NCBI RefSeq assembly: GCF_963921235.1
Contig: NC_086107.1
Coordinates: 116,376,001 to 116,440,000 of the forward strand
Origin: Mobula hypostoma
Lineage: Eukaryota
Length of the DNA: 64,000 bases
Direction of reading: 5' to 3'
Numbering within the stretch: position 1 is the stretch's first letter; each line of letters begins with the position of its first letter. Of this stretch, positions 1 to 12,979 are shown piece after piece. The notes beneath the pieces are model-generated. The model was given only the letters and a program-made list of their open reading frames with translations. It had not been told where the DNA came from and did not search any database. Made by a program: the position numbers and the translations under genes.

Positions 1-3000
1 AACTTACAAATTAACCTTTAGGGAATCCTGCACAAGGACTCCCAAATCCCTTCGCATCTCAGTTTTTTGTATTTCCTCTCCCTAAACTTTTGCCCTTTAA
101 CTCTCAACTCATGTCCTCTTGTTTGAATCTCCCCCACTCTCAATGGAAAAAGCCTATCCACGTCAACTCTATCTATCCCCCTCATAATTTTAAACACCTC
201 TATCAAGTCTCCCCTCAACCTTCTACGCTCCAAAGAATAAAGACCTAACTTGTTCAACCTTTCTCTGTAACTTAGGTGATGAAACCTAGACCAAGGAGGA
301 CCGGTAGATGTTGTGTACCTGGATTTTCAGAAGGCCTTTGATAAGGTGCCACACATGAGGCTGTTTAACAAGCTATGAGCCCTTGGTATTACAAGAAAGA
401 TTCTAGCATGGTTAAGGAAGTGACTGATTGGCAGGAGGCAAAGAGTGGCGATATATATAAACCATATAACAATTACAGCACGGAAACAGGCCATCTCAGC
501 CCTTCTAGTCCATGCCAAACTCTTACTCTCACCTAGTTCCACCGAACTGCACTCAGCCCATAACCCTCCGTTCCTGTCCTGTCCATATATCTATCCAATT
601 TAACTTTAAACGACAACATCGAACCTGCCTCAACCACTTCTGCTGGAAGCTCGTTCCACACAGCCACCACTCTCTGAGTAAAGAAGTTCCCCCTCATGTT
701 ACACAACATCTACCGGTCCTCCTTGGTCTATCCTGCCTGTTAATTCTTCAAAGAATTCCAACAGATTTGTCAGGCAAGATTTCCCCATTAGGAAACCATG
801 CTGACTACAACCTATTTTATCGTGTGCCCTGAAACCTCATCCTTAATAATCGACTCCATTTTCCCAACCATTGATGTCAGACTAACTGTTGTATAGTTTA
901 TTTTCTTCTGCCTCTCTCCCTTCTTGAAGCGTGGAGTGACATTTGCAATTTTCCAGTCTTCGGGAACTATTTCAGAATCTAGTGATACTTGAAAGATCAT
1001 TACTAATGTTTCCATGATCTCTTCAGCCACTTCTTTCAGAACCCTGGTGTACTGTATCTGGTCCAGGTGACTTATCTACCTTCAGACCTTTAAGTTTCCC
1101 AAGAACCTTCTCTCTAGTTATGGTAACTTCACACACTTCACTCCTGACACCTGGAAGGAACTTCCACCACACTGCTAGTGTCTTCCACAGTGAAGACTGA
1201 TGCAAAATACTTATTCAGTTTGTCCGCTATTTCATTGTCCCCCATTACTGTCTCTCCAGCATCATTTTCCAGTGGCCTGACATCCACTCGCCTTTCTTTT
1301 ACGGTTATGTACTATGGCTAGCTTTTGTATACTTTTGTATTCCAACTTTACCTTAATGACTTTTTTTAGTTGCCTTCTGTCGGTTTTTTAAAGTTCCCCA
1401 ATCTTCTAACTTCCCACTAATTTTTGCTCTATTATATGCCCTACCTTTGGTTTTTATGTTGGCTTTGACCTCCCTTGTCAGCCATGGTTGTGTTATCCTG
1501 CCTTTAGAACATTTCTTCCTCTTTGGGATGTATATATCCTGTATCTTCCGAATTGCTTCCAGAAATTCCAGCCATTGCTGCTCTGCCGTCAACCCTGCCA
1601 GTGTTGTTTTCCAATCAATTCTGGCCAACTCCTCTCTCATGCCTCTGTAATTCCCCTTACTCCACTATAATACTGATATATCTGATTTTAGCTTCTCTTT
1701 CTCAAATTTCAGGGTGAATTTGATCATATTATAATCACTTCCCCTAAGGCTTCTTCTACCTTCAGCTCTCTGATCAATTCTGGTTCATTGCACAACACCC
1801 AATTCAGAGTAGCTGATCCCCCCGTGGGCTCGACCACCAGCTGCTCTAAAAAGCCATCTTGTAGGCTCTCTAGAAATTCCCCCTCTTGGAATCCAGCACT
1901 AACTGGATTTTACCTGCATATTGAAGACCCCCACAGCTATTGTAATATTGCCCTTTTGTCATACGTTTTCTACCTCCCTTGCAATTTGTAGGCCACATCC
2001 ATACTACTGTTTGGGGGTCTGTATACCACTCCCATCAGGGTCGTTTTATCCTTGAAGTTCCTTAGCTCTATCCACAATGATTCAACACGTTCTGCCCTAT
2101 ATCACCTCTTTCTAATGATTTGAATTTGTTGTTTACCCCCAACAGAACAATGTGGCCCCCTCTGCCTTGTCTGTCAGTGTATGTCCTTGGAGATTAAGCT
2201 CCCAGCTATAATCTTTCAGCCATGATTTTGTAATGCACAACATCATACATGCCGATCTGCAACTGTGCTACAAGTTCATCTACCTTATTCCGTATATTGG
2301 GCACATTCAGATATAAACAGTTTCAGTCCCGTATTCACCCTTTTCAATTTTGTTGCACCTTTTGATTCCTAATTTTGTCTGAGGTTTTACCAACATCTGC
2401 CTCCACGCCCTCTCCACTAACTGTTCCGGCACGCTGGTTCCCATCTTCCTGCAGCTCTAGTTGGAACCCCACCATGCAGCATTAACAAACCTTCCTGCTA
2501 CGGTGTTCATACCTCTCCAGTTGCTTCTGTACGGGTCCCACATGATCCTAAAATCTTACGCCATACATAGCTTATACACCAACTCCTTCGCCAGTTCAGG
2601 CCTCACTGGCTCGTGTCACGGGTAGCAATCCTGAGATCACAACCCTGGAGGATCTGTCCTTACCTTCGCACCTAACTCTTTATGCAGAATCTTGTCACTC
2701 GTCCTACATGGACCACAACTTCTGACCCTCCCAGCTAAGAACGCCAACGACTCGGTCCCAGGTGTCCTGGACCCTGGCACCCGGGAGACAATATACTATC
2801 CAGGAATCAAGTTCTCGTCCACAGAACTTCCTGTCCATTCCTCTAACTAACGAATGCCCTATCACTGTAGCGTGTATCTTCTTCTCCCCCCATCACAACC
2901 ACCCCCTTCCCTTCCCTTCTGAGGCGCGGAGGTGGATTCTGTGCCAGAGAACCGACCACTCTGCCTTTCCTCCGTTCGGTTTCCCCTTGACCGTATGCAA

Positions 3001-3300
3001 AGTGATACACCTGTTGTTGAGGGAGAGGGCCACTCTGCACTGGCTCCTTAACCCTTTCCCCTTCCTGACTGTCACCCAGTTCACTTGTGTTCTGCACCTC
3101 GGGTGTAACTACCTCTCTCTCACTCCCGAATGATCCGGAGTTCAGCCGGTTTCAGCGGCAGCTGGATGCACCTCTCACAGATGTAGTCGTCTCCCTGCCT
3201 TCCCACATCCCTCCTGTCCTCGCTGAGCAAAGATAAAGAGGAAAGGGGGAAAACTTGAGCTTTCCTTTACTTTCTCTGACTGAAGCCTGGAAGATCACCG
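1..3300 (-). mobile_element. Cluster of decayed CR1 LINE pieces (mostly minus; short plus piece at about 290-450)
   Basis: ORF fragments LYSLERRRLRGDLIEVFK, VPEDWKIANVTP, KVDKSPGPD and PWLTREVK, plus ORF1-type WVTVRKGKG. Confidence 0.85.
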
Positions 3301-3521
3301 CCCTGCCTTTGTCCACTCAGCATGATTGCCTCTGCCTTCCTTTAACTTCCTCTTGCTAATTAACCCCAAATGCCGAACGGCCGCTGGTCGAAGCTCTTCG
3401 CTTTTATCTGGGGCGGTGGAACTAAATGAAGTGCCCTCCCCTCCAAACATCCGATGTCCGGGGTGGCCGCTGGTCGAATCTGTGTGTGAGTGTTTGTGAG
3501 AGAGAGAGAAAAATTGTTTCG

Positions 3522-3656
3522 TGAGAGACTTGCACTGTGTGTGTGTGTGTGAGAGAGACTTGCACTGTGTGTGTGTGTGTGAGAGAGAGAGACTTGCACT
3601 GTGTGTGTGTGTGAGAGACTTGCACTGTGTGTGTGTGTGTGAGAGACTTGCACTGT

Positions 3657-3690
<34 letters not shown>

Positions 3691-3696
3691 CTTGCA

Positions 3697-3732
<36 letters not shown>

Positions 3733-3738
3733 CTTGCA

Positions 3739-3770
<32 letters not shown>

Positions 3771-3811
3771 CTTGCACTGTGTGTGTGTGTGTGTGTGTGA
3801 GAGAGACTTGC

Positions 3812-3860
<49 letters not shown>

Positions 3861-3935
3861 CTTGCACTGTGTGTGTGTGTGAGAGACTTGCACTGTGTGT
3901 GTGTGTGAGTGTGTGTATGTGTATATATATGTAGG
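3522..3935. repeat. Compound microsatellite-based repeat [CTTGCACT(GT)n(GA)n]
   Basis: About 11 copies of GACTTGCACT separated by variable GT and GA runs. Confidence 0.95.
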
Positions 3936-4527
3936 TATTTCTGTCCCCACCCCGCGCCGCTCTGCTGCCTTGCTGCAGTTCCGCGCCTGTCAGCCGCCTG
4001 CCGCAGTGCGGGGCGCGGAGAGAGGCGGCTGCGACCGCTGCTCTCCACATCCATCCATCCATCTTCCTCTCCGGCTGCGCCTCAGGGGAGGGTTTGACGG
4101 CGAATCCCCACTCCATCGTTCCTCCCTGACTCCAGCACAACCCAGAGAGACGGAGCACCGAGGAACGACACGCACACGGGGCTGGCAGTTCACATGCTGA
4201 ATTTTACTGTGTCATGCTCGCGTAGAAAAAGTTTGTGCGTTAACATGCGTTTAAAACAGGCATACACACATATTCCGGTATAAATCACAAACTGTCCGGG
4301 TACAAGCCTTTACTTGAGCCCTTAGTGTTTAGGACATTCTGGGTGGGGAAAGTGGGTGAAATATATTAATAAAATCTTCAAGACATCTCTCATGCGTTAG
4401 AAATCAAGCAGGATTCCCCAGTCTAACAAGCACCAACAAGTCAGTGTTCTGTTGTGTTTCAAATCCTCCCAGCGCTGTCCTGCCCTGTACCCATTGTGGG
4501 CACTGAGAGCTCCCGACGGCAGGTCCC

Positions 4528-4609
4528 CCACATACATACACACACATACACACACTCACACATATACACACACACACACACTCATACACACACACATGCA
4601 CACACACAT

Positions 4610-4658
<49 letters not shown>

Positions 4659-4741
4659 TACACACACACACATATACACACACAGACATACACACACACA
4701 TATACACACACACACACATACACATATACACACACACACAC
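4528..4741. repeat. (CA)/(TA) microsatellite
   Basis: Directly visible in the sequence. Confidence 0.95.
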
Positions 4742-5857
4742 CCCTCTCCCCAGTCTGTACCCAGTGTGGGCATCAAGCGAGAGCTCTGGGGGGGCAGGTA
4801 TCACTCACACACAGCTCCTTCTACCTTACCCCCCAGTCTGTAGCCAGTTTGGACATCGAGAGCCCCCGGGGCAGGGACCGTTCAGACACACACAGCTCCT
4901 TCTACACCAGCCCCTGTCCAAGTACCTTTTAGATGCTGTTAATGTACTCGTCTCCACCTCTGGGTGATAATGTTACCAGTCGTTCCCTATTAAACCTCTA
5001 CCCTCTCACATTAAACCTGTGACCAGTTTTGGTCATCTTGCTACAGGAAAGATGCCATAGAGCTGGAATGAGTGCAGAGGAGTTTGACGAGGATGTTGCT
5101 GGGACTTGAGGGGCTGACTTATGGAGAGAGGGTGGGCAGGTTGGGACTTTATTCCCTGGAGCAAAGAAGACCGAGGGGTGTAAATAGGGGAATGCACTTT
5201 TTCAACTATGTAAAAAAAAGAGAAATGAGAGTGGATATAGGACCGCTAGAAAATGAAGCAAGAGAAATAATAACAGGGGCAAGGAGATGGCAGATGAACT
5301 AAATGAGTATTTTACATCAGTCTTCACTGTGGAAGACACTATCAGTGTGCCAGATGTTGAAGGGTGTGAGGGGAGAGAAGTGGGTGCAGTTACTATTACA
5401 AGGGAGAAGGTGCTCAAAAAGCAGGAAGACCATAGGGTATATAAGTCACCCAGACCAGATGAACAGCACGCCAGGGTTCTGAAAGAGGCAGTGTTAGAGA
5501 TTATGGAGGCATTAGAAATGATCTTTCAAAAATTATTGGACTCTGGCATGGTGTGAAGGAAATGGAAAATTGCAAATGTCATTCCACTCTTTAAAAACAG
5601 AGGAAATTATAGACCAGTTAGCCTGACCTCAGTGGTTGGGAAGATGTTAGAGTCGATGGAGTACTTGGTGACACAGGACAAGATAGCACAAAGTCAGCAT
5701 GCTTTCATTCAGGGAAAATCCTGCCTGACGAACCTGTTGGAATTCTTTGAGGATATTACAAGTAGGATAGATAAAGGGGATGCAGTGGATGTTGTATCTT
5801 CGGACTTTCAGAAGGCCTTTGACAAGGTGTCACACATGAGGCTGCTTACCAAGTTAA

Positions 5858-6047
5858 TAATAAGGTTTGTCCATCATCATCAGTGAAGACCTCGACACCA
5901 TTAGTACTTTTTACGAGGTCGAGTTGCCAGCTCGACACTCAACCCGGCACAGATGGAAAGCATGCCCGGGAGCGGCCCAACTGGATTCGAACTCGGGAAC
6001 CTTCGCTCCGGAGTCCGGTGCTGATATCACTCCGCCACCAGCCGGCT
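5858..6047 (-). mobile_element. tRNA-derived SINE
   Basis: Minus strand has A box TGGCGGAGTG, B box GTTCGAATCC and a (TTA)n tail at about 5855-5862. Confidence 0.7.
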
Positions 6048-6049
6048 TG

Positions 6050-6567
6050 TGATGGTGTCGAGACTAGCACTTGATTTGTGAGCATCAGCCTCACTCTCTC
6101 ACTCTCTCTTCCCAATTCCCATCTGGATCCAATGGCAAGACAAGAGTCGAGACAGGAGTGTATGGAGTGTCAGGGAGGGGTAGCACCTCTGGTGGGGGAA
6201 CATGTCACGTCCGTTTCAAGGCGGTTTGTCCACCTTTGGTCCCCACCTGGCACTCAGCTCTCACCTGTGGCTCCCCGTAGTTGTTTGCATGCGACAGCGA
6301 CCACACCCCGGGCAACGGCTTCAACAAGCCGGCTAAACCAGGTGAGGGCAGCCGACGGGTCTCAAACCCTCGGTGTGATAGGGAGTTGTCCATCTCAGCA
6401 TGTGAAGACAGCCTCCGGCGGACTGAGCGGACGAGACCAATGGAAGGTCCAACAGTCAAGAAGGCGGTCTCTGCAAGTGTTGTGGAACGTGTAGAGCAGG
6501 ACAAGACACAGAAGACGTCCTGGTCATCCACTGCACCTGGTCTCATCTCCCATCTCCAGCTTGCCAA
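6050..6567 (+). mobile_element. Probable RTE-clade LINE 5'UTR fragment
   Basis: GC-rich structured sequence (GGCTAAACCAGGTGAGGG...CTCAAACCCTCGGTG...GCATGTGAAGAC) resembling RTE 5'UTRs as recalled from memory; not verified by search. Confidence 0.45.
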
Positions 6568-8769
6568 CCTAAGAGCCCATGGTTTTACAGGAAAGTTACT
6601 AACATGATTAGAGCATTGGCTGATTGGTAGGAGGCAGGGAGTGGGAATAAAAGGATCCTTGGTGGGGGAGTCTAGGACAAGAGGGCACAGCCTCAGGATA
6701 GAGGGGCATCCACAGAGATGCGGAGAAATTTCTTTAGCCAGAAGGTGGTGAGTTTGTGGAATTTGTTACCACCGGCAGCTGTGGAGGCCAGGTCATTGGG
6801 TGTATTTAAGGCAGAGATTGATAGGTTCTTGATCGGACATGGCATCACAAGTTACAGGGAGAAGGCCAGGGACTGGGGTTGAGGAAGGGGAAAAACGATC
6901 AGCCATGATTGAATGGTGGAACAGACTCGATGGACCAAATGGCCTAATTCTGCTCCTATGTTTTACAGTATTTTCCCCAGATGTGGGGAATCAAGAATCA
7001 AAGGGAACGGGGCTGGGATTCAGGTGAGTGAAGAGACGTTTAACAGGGACCTGAAGAGCAACATTTTCACACAGAGAGTGGTCTCTACGTGGAATGAACT
7101 GCCAGAGGAAGTGGTTGAGGAAGGTACATTAACAACATTTAAAAGACACTCAAACAGGTCCGTGGACAGGAAAGGATTAGACCAATATGGCCAAACACAT
7201 GTGAATGGGACGAACTTAAATAGGAGCCGTGTCAGCACAAAGAGGTTCGGCCAAAGGGTGCGTGACTCTAACTTTCCAGTGAACCTCCTGCACAATGTCC
7301 AAGTCCTCCACTGTAACAGGGTGACCAGAAATGCACATTCCAGAGCTAAGGAAAGGAACTATCTCCTTGCTGCAACAAGGTCAGGGACTTCAAAGACAAG
7401 GAAGTCAATTCTTTTCCAGCTGAGGTTCAAAATGAAGAAAAAAAATATATTTTTTTAACTGAGAGTTAAAAAGGGCTGCTGGGTTCCAGCAGCTGAGGGC
7501 TGGATTCACACACTCCATCCTAGGGGTCTCCCAACTCCCCAACAATTTCACATGTTTTAGATTGATGCACCCTCGGCAGCAACCTGTCTGAATGTACCAT
7601 GGTTTGGTATGACAACTGCTCTGCCTGTGACCGCAAGAGACGGCAGAGGGTTGTGGACACAGCTCAGCACATCACGGAAACCAGCCTCCCATCCACGGAC
7701 TCTGTCTGCACCTCCCACCCTTTAGGTAAAGCAGGCAGGGTTATCAAACCCCCCCCCTAACACCCTGGACATTTGGGCAGAGATACAGAAGCCTGAAAGC
7801 TCATCACAGCAGACTCAAGGACAGCCTCCACCCCACTGTTACATATTGAATCCAACAAGATTGGCCTCCCAATCTACCTCAGTGTGGCCCTCGCACCTTT
7901 ACTGTCCGCCTGCACTGCCCTTTCTCTGTAACCGTGACACTTTATCCTGCATTCTGTTACCGTTTTCCCTCAATGCACTGTCTGATGATCTGACCCGGGT
8001 GGACAGTGTGAGAGAGAAGCCCAAGCTCTTCACTGTATCTCCAAACTGATTCCATTTCCTTCCTACAGCACAGTGACCAGAGGAAGCGCAATACTCCAAC
8101 CAAGCTTTGTGAAGTTGGAAAACATTCTCTCTCAGTTGTTCTTCACCCTACACCACCTCATCGACCGGGATGGGCACACGGAATTGTCAACACCAAACTG
8201 AATTGTCTTGTTGCAATCATAACCTTGAACTCTCTTACTCACACACATACACACTTCCAAACCTGTCTAATCACTCCTCAGAGCTCCAGCCTCCCCAGTC
8301 TCAGCAACACCCTCCAGGCTCTTTTCTGCACCCTCTCCAGCTTAATTACACCTTTGTATAGCTGGGTGAGCAGGACTGCTGCCCTGCTGTAGTCTCATAA
8401 AGCTGGAATGGGACATCCCAGCTGCTGAACGGGTCCTGCCCAAACCCCCGAAGAGACTGCCAGGGTTAAGGCTGGAAAGTAACTGAGGTCACAGGTCTTT
8501 TACCTCTCACCTCCCAGCTTGAAACTTCATCTCCCGCCCCCCCCCACACTCACCTATCACCTGTTAGCTTGTACTGTTTGCCCTCTCCCCACCTTCTTAT
8601 CCTGGCTTCTGCCCCCTTTCTTCCCAGTCTTGGCCCAAAATGTCAACTGTTTATTCCCATTGCCTGACCTGCTGAGTTCCTCCAATGTTTTGTGGGCTGT
8701 TCCAGATCTCCAGCATCTGCAGATCTCTTATGTTTATGACTCTGTGTGCACACAGGCGGTTCCCTGAAA

Positions 8770-11170
8770 TCAGTGTCACAGGTAGACAGGGCAGCACCCT
8801 GGCCTTCGTCAGCCAGGGAACTGAGCTCTGGAGTTGGGAGGTCACGTTACAGGTCCGGAGTTGGGAGGTCACGTTTCAGGTCAGGAGTTGGGAGGTCACG
8901 TTACAGGTCAGCAGTTGGGAGGTCACGTTACAGGTTTGGAGTTGGGAGGTCACGTTACAGGTCAGCAGTTGGGAGGTCATGTTACAGGTCAGCAGTTGGG
9001 AGGTCAAGTTACAGGTCCGGAGTTGGGAGGTCACGTTACAGGTCTGGAGTTCGGAGGTCACGTTACAGGTCAGGAGTTGGGAGGTCACTTTACAGGTCAG
9101 GAGTTGGGAGGTCACGTTACAGGTCAGCAGTTGGGAGGTCAAGTTACAGGTCCGGAGTTGGGAGGTCACGTTACAGGTCTGGAGTTCGGAGGTCACGTTA
9201 CAGGTCAGGAGTTGGGAGGTCACGTTACAGGTCCGGAGTTGGGAGGTCACGTTTCAGGTCAGCAGTTGGGAGGTCACGTTACAGGTCAGCAGTTGGGAGG
9301 TCACGTTACAGGTTTGGAGTTGGGAGGTCACGTTACAGGTCAGCAGTTGGGAGGTCACGTTACAGGTCCGGAGTTGGGAGGTCACGTTTCAGGTCAGGAG
9401 TTGGGAGGTCATGTTACAGGTCAGCAGTTGGGAGGTCACGTTACAGGTCTGGAGTTGGGAGGTCACGTTACAGGTCAGCAGTTGGGAGGTCACGTTACAG
9501 GTCAGGAGTTGGGAGGTGACGTTACAGGTCAGGAGTTGGGAGGTCACGTTACAGGTCAGCAGTTGGGAGGTCACGTTACAGGTTTGGAGTTGGGAGGTCA
9601 CGTTACAGGTCAGCAGTTGGGAGGTCACGTTACAGGTCAGCAGTTGGGAGGTCACGTTTCAGGTCAGCAGTTGGGAGGTCACGTTTCAGGTCAGGAGTTG
9701 GGAGGTCACGTTACAGGTCAGCAGTTGGGAGGTCACGTTACAGGTTTGGAGTTGGGAGGTCACGTTACAGGTCAGCAGTTGGGAGGTCACGTTACAGGTC
9801 AGCAGTTGGGAGGTCAAGTTACAGGTCAGCAGTTGGGAGGTCACGTTACAGGTCTGGAGTTGGGAGGTCACGTTACAGGTCAGCAGTTGGGAGGTCACGT
9901 TACAGGTCAGGAGTTGGGAGGTGACGTTACAGGTCAGGAGTTGGGAGGTCACGTTACAGGTCAGCAGTTGGGAGGTCACGTTACAGGTTTGGAGTTGGGA
10001 GGTCACGTTACAGGTCAGCAGTTGGGAGGTCACGTTACAGGTCAGCAGTTGGGAGGTCACGTTTCAGGTCAGCAGTTGGGAGGTCACGTTTCAGGTCAGG
10101 AGTTGGGAGGTCACGTTACAGGTCAGCAGTTGGGAGGTCACGTTACAGGTTTGGAGTTGGGAGGTCACGTTACAGGTCAGCAGTTGGGAGGTCACGTTAC
10201 AGGTCAGCAGTTGGGAGGTCAAGTTACAGGTCAGCAGTTGGGAGGTCACTTTACAGGTCAGGAGTTGGGAGGTCACGTTACAGGTCCGGAGTTGGGAGGT
10301 CACGTTACAGGTCCGGAGTTGGGAGGTCACGTTACAGGTCAGGAGTTGGGAGGTCACGTTACAGGTCCGGAGTTGGGAGGTCACGTTACAGGTCCGGAGT
10401 TGGGAGGTCACGTTACAGGTCAGGAGTTAGGAGGTCACGTTACAGGTCAGGAGTTGGGAGGTCACGTTACAGGTCAGCAGTTGGGAGGTCACGTTACAGG
10501 TCAGCAGTTGGGAGGTCACGTTACAGGTTAGGAGTTGGGAGGTCACGTTACAGGTCAGCAGTTGGGCGGTCACGTTACAGGTCAGGAGTTGGGAGGTCAC
10601 GTTACAGGTCTGGAGTTGGGAGGTCACGTTACAGGTCCGGAGTTGGGAGGTCACGTTTCAGGTCAGGAGTTGGGAGGTCACGTTACAGGTCAGGAGTTGG
10701 GAGTTTACGTTACAGTTGTACAAGACGTTGGTGAGGCCCCACTTGGGCTATTGTGTTCAGTTTTGGTCGCCCTTCTATCGGAAAGATACCGTGAAGCTGG
10801 AGAGATGCAGAGGAGATTGATGAGGATATTGACGGGGCTCGAGGGACTGAGTTATGGAGATCGGTGGGTAGGCTGGGACTTTATTCCCTGGAGCGTAGGA
10901 GACTAAAGGGTTACCTTACAGAGGTGTATAAAACCACGAGGGGTACGGACAGGGTGAATGTGCACCGTCTTTTCCCCCAGGGTTGGGGAATCTAGAACCA
11001 GAGGGAACAGGTTTAAAGTGAGAGGGGAAAGATGTAACAGGGACATGAACAACTTTTTCACCCAGAGGGTGGTGTGTGTGTGGAATGAGCTGCCAGAGGA
11101 AGTGGCTGAGGCAGGTCCATGAACAGCATTTAAGACACTCAGACAGGTAGGTCTGGCTGGAACAGGTACT
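8770..11170 (+). mobile_element. CR1 3' fragment hosting the 27-bp minisatellite
   Basis: TLAFVSQG lies before the array and LQLYKTLVRPHLGYCVQFWSP after it, followed by the FFTQRVV/WNELPEEV region. Confidence 0.8.
8830..10715. repeat. 27-bp minisatellite, about 70 copies
   Basis: Unit G(G/C)AGTTGGGAGGTCACGTTACAGGTCA. Confidence 0.97.
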
Positions 11171-11710
11171 TCAGTCGGCACGGAACAGTCCGGAATTTCC
11201 AGCCATGTAGAGAGCTACAGCCATTTTAAAACGACTCTCCCTCATCCTAATCCCATCCTCCCCTCACCATAGTTAAACATTGCCCCTCTTGCACAGTGAG
11301 TAGTTATGTGTTATTCACTAAAACTTCCCACAGGAGAGCTCACTGCCTTGAGGACACAGCTCTCCACACCCTGGGTCAGGGCATGGAGGAGAGTGAGATC
11401 TCGATGGGTGGTGTCTCGGCATCCTTCCATGGGGTATAATAGGGTGGGGGGGGGGGAGACCAGGTGGACGGCTCCTTCCGAGGATTCAGAACACATTCTG
11501 GGGAGATTCTCTGACCCTCCCTCCCATTTCAAGTGGTTGCATAGGCATGCAAGGTGAACCCGAGGTCCCCAGAGGTGTGGAGATGACAGAGAAGAAGTGG
11601 GTGGGGAGATTCTGGATGAGCCGATCCGTGCAGGCTTCTATCCTGGTGAGTCGATGCGGCACAGGAAAGCCGTCTCGATCCACGGAGATGGGATACGGTG
11701 GCTCCCGAGC

Positions 11711-11721
11711 TCACTGCAGGA
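11711..11721 (-). CDS. PRRT2: PRRT2 terminal coding exon (11 coding nt, ...ILQ*)
   Basis: tctttctcttcctccacag|TC CTG CAG TGA completes the phase-1 codon (A+TC). Human PRRT2 has the same tiny last coding segment. Unique sequence down to about 11190 is the likely 3'UTR. Confidence 0.85.
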
Positions 11722-11754
11722 CTGTGGAGGAAGAGAAAGATGTTAGTGGAATTG

Positions 11755-12765
11755 ACCTTCCCATTCATCCCCACCATCCACATTCCCAATAGGACCCACC
11801 CTTCCCATTCATTCCCACCGTCAACATTCCCAATGGGACCCACCCCTTCCCATTCATTCCCACCATCCACTTTCACAACGGGACCCATTCATTCCCATCC
11901 CTTTCCACCAACCACATTCCCTTTCCCAACAGAACCCATTCATTCCCATCTTCCACATTCCCAATGGGACACACCACTTCCCATTCATTCCCAACAGGAC
12001 CCACCCCTTCCCACCATCCATATTCCGAATGGGACACACCCCTTCCCATTCATTTCTACCATCCACATTCCCAACGGGACACACCACTTCCCACTCATTC
12101 TCAATGTCCATATTCCCAATGGGATCCACCCCTTCCCATTCATTCGCATCATCCACATTCCCAACGGGACCCACCCTATCCCATTCATTCCCAACGTGAC
12201 CCACCCCTGCCCATTCATTTCTATCTTCCATATTCCCAATGGGACCCACCCCTTCCCATTCATTCGCTTCATCCACATTCCCAATGGGACCAACCCCATT
12301 CCATTCATTCCCAATGGAACCCACCCCTTCCCATTCATTCCCAAAGGAACCCACATCTTCCCATCCATTTCTATCTTCCACATTCCCAATGAGAACCACC
12401 CCTTCCCATTCATCCCCACCATCCACATTCCCAATGGGACCCACCCCTTCCCATTCATTCCCACCGTCCACATTCCCAACGGGACTCGCCCCTTCCCATT
12501 CATTCCCACCATCCACTTTCACAACGGGACCCATTCATTCCCATCCCTTTCCACCATCCACATTCCCATTCCCAACGGACCCCATTCATTCCCATCTTCC
12601 ACATTACCAACGGAACCCACTCCTTCCCATTCATTCCCATCATCCACATTCCCTACGGGACACACTCCTTCCCAATCATTCCCACTGTCCAGATTCCCAA
12701 TGGGACCCTCCCCTTCCCATTCACTCCCACTGTCCACATTCCCGACGGGTCCCCGCCAATCCCAC
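11755..12765. repeat. Degenerate C-rich minisatellite filling the last PRRT2 intron
   Basis: Recurrent CCCATTCATTCCC and CCACATTCCCAATGGGACCCACCCCTT modules. Confidence 0.9.
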
Positions 12766-12778
12766 TGCATGCACTCAC

Positions 12779-12911
12779 TGGAGAAGTTAATCACACAGTA
12801 CGCTCCGATGATGAGCAGGCCGCCCACAAGCGCCACCACACTCAACAACTTGGCCACTCGTCCCAGCCGCCGGGCTCCATCAACATCTCCGTTCTGGAAG
12901 CTGTTCCTAGA
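12779..12911 (-). CDS. PRRT2: PRRT2 second coding exon (133 bp, C-terminal transmembrane helix)
   Basis: cccag|TCTAGG...TTCTCCA|gtgagt encodes [44 protein letters not shown], in phase with the previous exon and matching human [31 protein letters not shown]. Confidence 0.95.
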
Positions 12912-12979
12912 CTGGGGCAGAACACCATCATTCCCTCAGTGAGGGAGAACGAGCCAGTCCCATGACCAAACTGCTCAAC

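Larger units (their letters stand above)
5020..7250 (+). mobile_element. Decayed CR1 pieces interrupted by an insert at about 5860-6567
   Basis: Contains ADELNEYFTSVFT, QHAFIQGKSCLTNLLEFFE and DFQKAFDKV. The CR1 frame resumes at about 6568 (LRAHG). Confidence 0.8.

Noticed and set aside
3295..4967. His/Thr- and Cys/Val-rich ORFs
   Set aside because: They are translations of dinucleotide microsatellites.
8685..10531. 581- and 565-aa repetitive ORFs
   Set aside because: They are translations of a 27-bp minisatellite inside a dead CR1.
11698..12942. 414-aa His/Pro-rich plus-strand ORF
   Set aside because: It is the antisense translation of a degenerate intronic repeat in PRRT2.
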